Of a stretch of DNA of 62,634 nucleotides, positions 28,322-36,269 are shown one piece after another. The notes under the pieces were generated by a model. That model was not told the DNA's origin and did not search any database. It saw nothing but the letters and a program-made list of their open reading frames with translations. A program made the position numbers and the translations under genes. Each line of letters starts with the position of its first letter. The stretch's first letter is position 1. The DNA comes from Methanobacteriota archaeon. Its GTDB lineage: Archaea; Thermoplasmatota; Poseidoniia; Poseidoniales; Poseidoniaceae. Where the stretch lies: positions 1 through 62,634 of the forward strand of contig JABIUA010000017.1 in the NCBI GenBank assembly GCA_018667575.1, written 5' to 3'.

Positions 28322-28939
28322 ATGAACCGGTCACTCCCTAATGTGATTATGGCCGCTAGTATTCCAGCAATTATCATTGCGGCGGGGCTAAGTAAAAGAT
28401 TAGGCCGTCCCAAGGCCTTTGTCGAAATTGCAGGTAAGACACTGCTGCAGCACTCTATTTCTAAACTACAATCATTAAATTGTAATCCAATTATCATAGT
28501 TACTAATCAAGACTGCTTATTTCAGGCCACTGTGGAATCGAATGGTGCCAAAGTTTGTTTGAATAATAATCCGGATGACGGTAGGACTGGGACAATTCAG
28601 ATCGGTTTATCTGACTTAATCGATGAGATGGGTAGAATGCCTAGAAAGTTGATTTTAGCTCCTGTGGATAGGCCCGGTTGGAAGTCAGAAAGTATAGTCA
28701 AATTATTCGAATCAAACACCAGTTCTTGCCTATCTTCAAATGGCACTAGTGGCCACCCTGTAGTCCTAGTAAACAATGACTTACACAAAATTTTGATGGC
28801 TGATAAAACCACACCGCTTAGAGATATCATTTCCTTTGAAAAAGTTCTAGTCGATGAACCATTACTCGGGCTGAATATTGATACAGAAGAAGACTTAGAA
28901 TTACTCCAATCACATTCAGAATTCTTTGAAGCGCTTTAA
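28322..28939 (+). CDS. MocA/MobA-like nucleotidyltransferase (probable Mo-cofactor cytidylyltransferase)
   Basis: IIAAGLSKRLGRPKA, PVDRP, GHPV, NIDT; adjacent to xdhC. Confidence 0.8.
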   Translation: MNRSLPNVIMAASIPAIIIAAGLSKRLGRPKAFVEIAGKTLLQHSISKLQSLNCNPIIIVTNQDCLFQATVESNGAKVCLNNNPDDGRTGTIQIGLSDLIDEMGRMPRKLILAPVDRPGWKSESIVKLFESNTSSCLSSNGTSGHPVVLVNNDLHKILMADKTTPLRDIISFEKVLVDEPLLGLNIDTEEDLELLQSHSEFFEAL

Positions 28940-28976
28940 TCACAAAAAGTATGTGTGAAGAACTCTAGCCCTAACC

Positions 28977-29843
28977 ATGACAGCAACCGTTCTACGCTGG
29001 GCGCTAAAGTGTCTAGAGAGGCGTAAAGCGGTAGTCATAGCAACTGTGATTGAAACAACGGGTAGCGTTCCAGGTAAAGTAGGAGCCAGAATCGCTATGA
29101 GTGAATCAGGTAATGCTTGGGTTGGTACTGTTGGTGGAGCAGGCCTTGAGATGAAGGTACTAAATCGCTGTAGAGAATTAATTAATGATACTTCAAAACC
29201 CTATGGGGAGGTCAAAACCTTCGGACTTAACAAAGGGGCGAAGGGCTATGAAGTACAACCACTTGATTCATTATGCGGGGGCAAAGTTACTTTGTCTCTG
29301 GAGGTAATGATTCCGATGCCACACATTCTTTTAATCGGTGGAGGACACTGTGCTCAAGCTTTAGCACAGAGTATTGACTTACTCGGATGGACATTCTCAG
29401 TTCACGACACTCGCAAGGAATTTTGTAATAGCGAATTATATCCTTCAGCAGATAAATTATATCACTTGGAAGTTTCAGAATTCCTCAAATCAATTGAAGG
29501 TGAAGATGCCTCAGAGTTTTCAGATATTCTTTTGCTTGGCCATGATTGGAGTGAAGACCAAAATAGATTACTCGGTCTATTAGAACTGTATTCTAATCAG
29601 AATTTAGAATTAGACGGCTCCTTAGCGCCTCGAATAGGGGTGATTGGAAGCCGTTCGAAATGGCAAGAATTTGAAAAGCAAGGTCTCGCTAAAGGAATCA
29701 GTCAAGAAATCTTGGATAGTGTAATTTGCCCAATTGGTCTGAATATCGGCGCCCAATCTCCTGAGGAGATAGCAATAGCAGTACTTGCTCAAATAATGTC
29801 AAATTTCAAGAATATCGATCCTGACAAACCTAGTTGGAGATAA
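28977..29843 (+). CDS. xdhC: XdhC/CoxI xanthine-oxidase-family maturation factor
   Basis: GSVPGKVGA, GTVGGAGLE, CGG, GGGHCA, GVIGSRSK, PIGLNIGAQSPEEIAIAV. Confidence 0.92.
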   Translation: MTATVLRWALKCLERRKAVVIATVIETTGSVPGKVGARIAMSESGNAWVGTVGGAGLEMKVLNRCRELINDTSKPYGEVKTFGLNKGAKGYEVQPLDSLCGGKVTLSLEVMIPMPHILLIGGGHCAQALAQSIDLLGWTFSVHDTRKEFCNSELYPSADKLYHLEVSEFLKSIEGEDASEFSDILLLGHDWSEDQNRLLGLLELYSNQNLELDGSLAPRIGVIGSRSKWQEFEKQGLAKGISQEILDSVICPIGLNIGAQSPEEIAIAVLAQIMSNFKNIDPDKPSWR

Positions 29844-29844
29844 T

Positions 29845-30384
29845 TCATTTGAACACTTTACTTCTAAAGTAATCTAACTCTTCCACAGATTCAATGATAT
29901 CATCGAGAGCCAAATGTGCTCCTTTCTTAGGATACTTATCCACTTCAGGGTACCATCTTCTTGCTAATTCTTTGACGGTTGAAACATCAATCATCCGGTA
30001 GTGTAAATATTCTGCAACCAGAGGCATTTCTTTTTCCAAGAATCTTCTATCATTCCATACACTATTTCCACATAGAGGTGCAGTATTAGGGTCGACCCAT
30101 TCCTTCAAGAAATCAAGTGTCATATTTTCCGCTTCCGATAAATCCACCCCTTGTTCCCTAATTCTCTTTACCAGTCCACTATCGAAATGATGGGTAGTGT
30201 TCCACTCATCCATTCCTTCAATCAGAGATTCATCTACAGTTATTGCCACATTAGGCCCATGTGCAAGTATATTCAATTCACCGTCAGTAATAATTGTTGC
30301 AATCTCGATGATGGATTCCTTTTCAATATCCAATCCAGTCATCTCAAGGTCAATCCAAACCATACGCTGTTCCCTATCTGCCAT
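29845..30384 (-). CDS. orn: Oligoribonuclease
   Basis: VWIDLEMTGLD, IIEIATIITD, LCGNSVWNDRRFL, HYRMIDVST, HLALDDI.ES (DEDDh). Confidence 0.95.
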   Translation of the reverse strand: MADREQRMVWIDLEMTGLDIEKESIIEIATIITDGELNILAHGPNVAITVDESLIEGMDEWNTTHHFDSGLVKRIREQGVDLSEAENMTLDFLKEWVDPNTAPLCGNSVWNDRRFLEKEMPLVAEYLHYRMIDVSTVKELARRWYPEVDKYPKKGAHLALDDIIESVEELDYFRSKVFK

Positions 30385-30454
30385 ATACTATCCAAATACT
30401 ATTGACATTTCAAATGGGCGTAGTGTTGATGTATTACCCCATAGAGGAGACATC

Positions 30455-31789
30455 ATGTCCGAGGTTTTGGAGGCTGAGTTGATGCCAGCGGCCAGTAATG
30501 CCAAAATGGCTATTGCTATTTCGATAGCACTTCTTATTTTAGGTGCCATTTTTGTTGTTCTAAGCAATAACGAAGAAGTCTCCCAAGAGGTTGAACAACA
30601 GTCCAGCATCGAGCAAGGTTGGCGTCCTTTTTCTGTTATTGCCCCAATCGATACAGGAATTAACGTTTATCATGACCACTTTAGAACCAATGAAACATAC
30701 CCAGACTGGTTACTTGACGAACTTGGGGTCAACAAAGTCTGTGATTTGACATTCAATGGTTCATGGCAAGAGCGATATGACGCAGATAGGTCATCTTGTT
30801 GGGATTCTTTGAACGCTTCAGATATTGTATATTTCCCTGGTACTAAGATTATCGGTGCATCTCCAGATGGAGACAGTGAGATATTAATTTTGGATGACCC
30901 AAGTGACGGTCACGGCTCTGCAGTGACCGGTGCTGTACTAAATGCTAATCCTAATGCAGTTATTTTCTTTGTCGAAGGTTTCAGTTCTGAAGCGGTTTTA
31001 GCCGCTGCTAACCAACCGCTTGTCGATGTGATAACAACATCCTTCGGCGCCATCGGTTCAATTCCTGTTCCAGGAATTGAAGATGCTACCAAGGTAGCGG
31101 TCACAGAGAAAAACAAGTTGCATACTGGGGCTGCAGATAATTCACCGTCCCCAGCAGTTCAAGACGCTACTGCAGGACCGCCTTGGTCTATTGGAATTGC
31201 AGGCTATGCTGAAGAAGGTGATGACCAAAAAGAGATTATGTCGGGTTCTTATCCAGATATTTCTGCAGATTGGACTCAAGTACTACCCAATCACGATGAT
31301 ATCGACGGTTATCATGAAACATCAGGTACATCCTTCGCAACTCCTCGAACTGCCGGCTTAATTTCGTTCGTACTAGAGAATTTGAGAGAAGAGTTTGGAG
31401 ATTCTGGCTCAGGTGCTTCTGGCGATAGAGATGGTTTTCTGGTTAATGGAAATAATATGACTATCTCAAATTCACAAGTTCGAGAAGCACTCAATCTTTC
31501 TGCTTGGTATCCAAACCTAGGCTGGGACCCTACTTCGGGAACTATGCCAATCTCTCCAGTTCTACCTTGTACACAAACCGGATGGGGATTGGTGAATCTA
31601 TCTAATGTTGAACCGATGATAAAGCATCTTAACGGGACTGAAAGTTTATCTCAGAGGGCGGCAGACGTAGTCGCTTGTATGCAGGTTAATCAAGATGCGA
31701 GAGAAGCATATTGGGGTGCTTACCCTAGTCTTGAAATAGCAAGTGAATATTCTGTTTTTGGGGCTGAAGGAACATTGATTAGGGATTAA
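30455..31789 (+). CDS. Membrane-anchored S8 family serine peptidase
   Basis: Triad IDTG / DGHG / SGTSFATP. Start ATG 30455 follows GAGGAG; the ORF-track extension overlaps orn. Confidence 0.85.
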   Translation: MSEVLEAELMPAASNAKMAIAISIALLILGAIFVVLSNNEEVSQEVEQQSSIEQGWRPFSVIAPIDTGINVYHDHFRTNETYPDWLLDELGVNKVCDLTFNGSWQERYDADRSSCWDSLNASDIVYFPGTKIIGASPDGDSEILILDDPSDGHGSAVTGAVLNANPNAVIFFVEGFSSEAVLAAANQPLVDVITTSFGAIGSIPVPGIEDATKVAVTEKNKLHTGAADNSPSPAVQDATAGPPWSIGIAGYAEEGDDQKEIMSGSYPDISADWTQVLPNHDDIDGYHETSGTSFATPRTAGLISFVLENLREEFGDSGSGASGDRDGFLVNGNNMTISNSQVREALNLSAWYPNLGWDPTSGTMPISPVLPCTQTGWGLVNLSNVEPMIKHLNGTESLSQRAADVVACMQVNQDAREAYWGAYPSLEIASEYSVFGAEGTLIRD

Positions 31790-31866
31790 ATATCTCTTTT
31801 GAGTAATTTCACATTCTCACAATGGGTTGAAAAAGTGTTACACTTTGCAGTAGTTAAGGCGATACT

Positions 31867-33789
31867 ATGATATTCAATCGTGCAACAATGTCTGTTTTCT
31901 GTTTGACAATACTGGTTTTACCTATGCTTGCATTTGCAGCACCCGTTTCTGCTGTTGAAAATACAGATGAACCAGAAGGCTGGTGGGTAAACACCACGGT
32001 CGATAAAAATGGAAATGGGATTGGTGATATGGTTGAACTGCACAAAGATAATCCTATTTTCCTTGATGATGACAATACATTGCCACTGATAATAGACTTC
32101 GACCACACTCCTGGAGAGGAAGAAGTTGCTTTATTGGAAAAAGAAGTAAACTATCAGCATCAATGGACTTTAGAAGGTATAGATGCACTAGCAGGCAGAA
32201 TCCCATTGAACAAAATTTGGGATACATCTGAACTTCCAGGCGTAGTGATGATTGAACTCGATGGAATTCTAACCACTGTAAATGGTGATGCTGCAGCACT
32301 TCATGGTGTCGATTCGGTTTGGGCTGATACTGGATATGATGGTGCAGGTTCTACGGTCGCAATTATCGATACCGGTATAGACGGTTCTCACGTCGGATTA
32401 GATGACTTGGACGATGATAATTCAACAAATGATCCTAAAATTATAGGTTTTTATGACCCAGTAAATAATCCTGATAAGGTCAATGGAACAGAAGTTTTCC
32501 CATATGATGACCAAGGCCATGGTTCCCATTGTGCAGGTACTACTGCAGGAACAGGAGCACCAACATACGAGCACAAAGGGATGGCTCCTCAAGCATTCCT
32601 TGTAGGCGTTAAAGTGTTAGATTCCGAAGGCTCTGGGTCTTTTGCAACAGTTATGGCTGGAATGGAATGGACAGTCGAGAACCGTTACAAATTCAATATT
32701 AGAGCAGCCTCAATGAGTCTTGGAGGTCCTGGGGCAATCGAATGGACTTCTTCAGAAGAAGACAGTGTGAACCGATATGCAAACGAAATGATGGCAGCAG
32801 GTATTGCAATATTCATTGCCGCAGGAAATACCGCAGTGTCCGCTCAAATAGGTACGCCAGGTTCAGCAGAAGACGCAATCACTGTCGGAGCATTAGATAA
32901 GGATAGTACAATTGCAGAGTACTCAAGTCAGGGCCCAACAGAAGAAGGTAGAGTAAAGCCTAATATCGCTTATGTAGGGTCAAATGTAATGTCTGTAGCG
33001 TTCAATTCTGGTGATGGTTATACCGACATGTCTGGAACTTCTATGGCTACTCCTGGGGCAGCTGGAGTTGCTGCGTTAATGTATCAGGCTAATCCAGACT
33101 TAAGTCCGTTCGACATTCGTAATATCATGCAAGAGACCGCTACTTACCGTTGGTGCACTTACCCATTGAGCCCTGAACAAGTCGCCCTAATGGGTAACGA
33201 ACCTTGCCCTGAAGACCTTATACCAAAAAACCGTCAAAACAACGTATATGGGCATGGTGAAGTTCGAGCCCTTGATGCTGTATTTGAAGCGGCAGAGAGA
33301 GATTATGATTTTGATGATTCAATGGAATTAGGATTAACAACCGAAGTTGGAATGGATAATAGAATTCACATGTTACCTACTGATGGTTTAGAGTTTGAAA
33401 TTTCAGGTTCTAGTGCCAGTAGTGTACACACTGTTCAATGGCGCAGTAACCATCTCAGAGATGATTGGTCAAATCTCCACAGTTATGAGCATGGAAGTGA
33501 TACAGGAGAACTATCGGCAATCGATATTATTCATCAACTTGAACACCTTCCTGGAATCACTATTGAAGGAAATCATACTGTTTCCTTTAGGGCATTGAAG
33601 TATAATTCCACTGGAGAATATTCATCCTCGCCTTTGACATCGACCAATATCATGCTAATGGATACAGCAAGTGCTTTTGATGATTCAGGAGACTCTGAAG
33701 ATACACCTGGATTTACTTTGTTTGTAGCATCTGCTGCTATCGCAATGGCTGCATTCATCAGTACTCGTAAAGAAGAAACAGAAGAGTGA
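31867..33789 (+). CDS. S8 family (subtilisin-like) peptidase with PGF-CTERM anchor
   Basis: IIDTGID, HGSHCAG, AAGN, SGTSMATP; C-terminal TPGF + TM + RKEE. Confidence 0.93.
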   Translation: MIFNRATMSVFCLTILVLPMLAFAAPVSAVENTDEPEGWWVNTTVDKNGNGIGDMVELHKDNPIFLDDDNTLPLIIDFDHTPGEEEVALLEKEVNYQHQWTLEGIDALAGRIPLNKIWDTSELPGVVMIELDGILTTVNGDAAALHGVDSVWADTGYDGAGSTVAIIDTGIDGSHVGLDDLDDDNSTNDPKIIGFYDPVNNPDKVNGTEVFPYDDQGHGSHCAGTTAGTGAPTYEHKGMAPQAFLVGVKVLDSEGSGSFATVMAGMEWTVENRYKFNIRAASMSLGGPGAIEWTSSEEDSVNRYANEMMAAGIAIFIAAGNTAVSAQIGTPGSAEDAITVGALDKDSTIAEYSSQGPTEEGRVKPNIAYVGSNVMSVAFNSGDGYTDMSGTSMATPGAAGVAALMYQANPDLSPFDIRNIMQETATYRWCTYPLSPEQVALMGNEPCPEDLIPKNRQNNVYGHGEVRALDAVFEAAERDYDFDDSMELGLTTEVGMDNRIHMLPTDGLEFEISGSSASSVHTVQWRSNHLRDDWSNLHSYEHGSDTGELSAIDIIHQLEHLPGITIEGNHTVSFRALKYNSTGEYSSSPLTSTNIMLMDTASAFDDSGDSEDTPGFTLFVASAAIAMAAFISTRKEETEE

Positions 33790-34009
33790 TTAAAGAGCTT
33801 CAATAATCGCTTGACCTGTGCTATTATTCGTCCTTTATAATTCTAATAATTCGTATTCCACAAATGTAATTTTTCTAAATCAACAAAGTTATGCTAATGA
33901 CCTAGACTCTCCGGTTTGAGTCGAAGGACAGAGTATTTGGGATGGTAAAAAGTAGTTTTGATGTCGATGTAGGCGGTGTAATAATCAATGAGAACTGCAA
34001 CCGTCGAAC

Positions 34010-35599
34010 ATGGGATGGTTGAAAGACCCAAGCGGTAACAATCATCCTAGAATGGGATTTACTTACCGAATGATGCGTAGATTTACGCGTTCTTTGATGA
34101 GTGTCTGGTTCCGTGAATTAGATATTGTAGACAATGAAAATCTACCCCCTGAAGGTGGATTGATGTTCATCGCTTGGCATCCTAGCGGACTCATCGACCC
34201 AATGTTATTGCACGCTTCTCTACCGGGTAGATTATCGATGCTGGCTAAACACACCTTGTTTAAAATACCAATTTTAGGTAGGTTGATACGCTCAGCAGGT
34301 GGCTTACCAATTGAACGTTCAAGTGATAGTTCCAACAAGGAAGAATCACGCACTAAAAATGCAAAAATGGTATCTAGAGTTGGAAGTGAGATAGCCGGAG
34401 GGGGGCGTTTACTACTATTCCCAGAAGGGAAAACTCACGCTGATTCATCAGTATCACGGGCTCGTTCCGGTGCTGCTAGAATAATGCTTCATGCCATTAG
34501 AGAAGCAGTGAAAAAGGATGAACCAGTACCTAGAATAATCCCAGTCGGCCTTCATTATTCAAACTCCAATAAATTTAGAGAAAGAGGGGCTGTTATTTTG
34601 GAGCGACCAATGGAGTTGCCTCCTATACCACATATGGCGGAGGATATATCGACTCAAGACTTAGCAGACCGTGAGTGGATCAAAGAAGTAACCAATGCAA
34701 TAGACTCAGAACTGAATAGAGCCAGCCACTCTAAGACCTCGTGGGAAGACAGACATTTGATTTGGAAAGCAAGAAGTGTTGTTTATGCTGAAAGGATAAA
34801 ACAGAGTGGTAGTAAACTGAAAAAACCGAGTTATTCTGAATCAGTATATGGTGCAAGAAGGATGCGAGCGGGATGGGAATTCATTTCTAAAAATGAACCT
34901 GAAAAATCCGAATCTTTGGTATCAGATTCTATAGAACACTTTGCAGAACTAGATTCAATCGGTCTAACTCCTTTTGATGTTGCTGCAAAACCCGAGAAAC
35001 CATCTTTCTTGGGTTATATCAAAGCACTTTCCATTTGGATTTGGTCAGCTGCATGGATGTTGGGTTTAGTTACTTGGAGTGCTATAATCGGCAATGTGCC
35101 GCCTTACCAAGCAAATTACCTATTGATGTGGTATTTGAAAAAGGGTAAAATTTCGGAATCGATACTTGGTACAATGAAAATAATGTCTTCAATCATATTA
35201 TTTCCACTTTGGTGGGTCATCTCCTCCTTGTCTCTGACATGGCTCTTATTATCTAGTTCCAGTCCAGTATTCTCTTTGCTTAACATGCACTGGCTATTGG
35301 CTAGATTAACACTACTAAATCCGATTTTAGTATTCCTAATTTTACTTGTATGGTGGCCTATCTCAGGTAAAATGCATTTGAAACTATATGCTAGATTAGT
35401 CCAAAGTTGGAGGATGCTTAAGCGTTGGAGAATGTGGAGAAATGACAAGCATGATTGGTCTACACTTCAACAAAGACAGGATTCCATCGGTGAGCAGTTG
35501 ATCAATTTAGGTGATAGTTTGATACTTCCTGGTGATCCCGATTGGGTTGAACCTAATACAGGTTCAGATGATATTTTGAGTGTCAAATACAGGACTTGA
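34010..35599 (+). CDS. Glycerolipid (lysophospholipid/G3P) acyltransferase family protein, PlsC-like
   Basis: HPSGLID (HX4D), PIER, FPEG, IIPVGL; C-terminal TM helices. Confidence 0.87.
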   Translation: MGWLKDPSGNNHPRMGFTYRMMRRFTRSLMSVWFRELDIVDNENLPPEGGLMFIAWHPSGLIDPMLLHASLPGRLSMLAKHTLFKIPILGRLIRSAGGLPIERSSDSSNKEESRTKNAKMVSRVGSEIAGGGRLLLFPEGKTHADSSVSRARSGAARIMLHAIREAVKKDEPVPRIIPVGLHYSNSNKFRERGAVILERPMELPPIPHMAEDISTQDLADREWIKEVTNAIDSELNRASHSKTSWEDRHLIWKARSVVYAERIKQSGSKLKKPSYSESVYGARRMRAGWEFISKNEPEKSESLVSDSIEHFAELDSIGLTPFDVAAKPEKPSFLGYIKALSIWIWSAAWMLGLVTWSAIIGNVPPYQANYLLMWYLKKGKISESILGTMKIMSSIILFPLWWVISSLSLTWLLLSSSSPVFSLLNMHWLLARLTLLNPILVFLILLVWWPISGKMHLKLYARLVQSWRMLKRWRMWRNDKHDWSTLQQRQDSIGEQLINLGDSLILPGDPDWVEPNTGSDDILSVKYRT

Positions 35600-35662
35600 A
35601 AATGTGCCAACTGAACCCTATATTGATATGCATCTTTCCCTACGTCGATATAGGCGAGGGCT

Positions 35663-36265
35663 ATGGTAGGCACTGAATATGTTTCAATGACCCCTAAAGC
35701 GGCTAAAGAAATTTGGTCTGCAAAGGTCAACGGTGAGTCTGTTGAAGAACTGATTACCTCTAATGCTATCCTACTTGATGTGTTGAGAGACCAAGTTGGA
35801 ACTCTTGGAGTCAAGAGGGGATGTGACTTGGGAACTTGCGGTTGCTGTACAGTTATTATCGACGGTGATGCTAGACTATCTTGCTTATGTCTTGCTGGTC
35901 AAGTATCAGATAGTGAAATCACAACAGTTGAAGGTCTTTCAGAAGGCGCTCACTTGGCTCCTATTCAAACATGTTTTGCAGAGCATGGAGGTTCACAGTG
36001 TGGTTTTTGTACTCCTGGGTTTTTACTCAGTGCCCAAGCATTACTGGAAGAAAACGACTCCCCCACCGATGAAGAAATTTCATGTGCCATTGAAGGTAAT
36101 TTGTGCCGTTGTACTGGATACCAACAAATCGTAGATTCAATAAAGGCTGCAGCAGAGATACATAGAGGTGAATCAGAACCTGTTCCGCCAGCAAGTAACC
36201 CTCATCCTAATCCACATCCCGATGGTCCTGAAGAACCATCAATGCCTCCAGGTCATGCAAGGTGA
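35663..36265 (+). CDS. hcrC: Xanthine-oxidase-family 2x[2Fe-2S] subunit (HcrC/CoxS-like)
   Basis: GCDLGTCGCC, SC, QCGFCTPG, GNLCRCTGY. Confidence 0.85.
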   Translation: MVGTEYVSMTPKAAKEIWSAKVNGESVEELITSNAILLDVLRDQVGTLGVKRGCDLGTCGCCTVIIDGDARLSCLCLAGQVSDSEITTVEGLSEGAHLAPIQTCFAEHGGSQCGFCTPGFLLSAQALLEENDSPTDEEISCAIEGNLCRCTGYQQIVDSIKAAAEIHRGESEPVPPASNPHPNPHPDGPEEPSMPPGHAR

Positions 36266-36269
36266 TTTT

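Noticed and set aside
28400..28413. TTAGG-CCGT-CCCAA, similar to the DtxR-type box
   Set aside because: Lies inside the mocA-like coding sequence in a conserved protein motif (RLGRPK), not at a promoter.
30197..30454. N-terminal extension of the S8 peptidase ORF
   Set aside because: It overlaps orn on the opposite strand; there is a better start with an SD at 30455.
33790..34009. 220-bp intergenic gap with small hairpin GACTC-N8-GAGTC; possible sRNA
   Set aside because: Only a 5-bp stem, no convincing C/D or H/ACA boxes, and no credible ORF.
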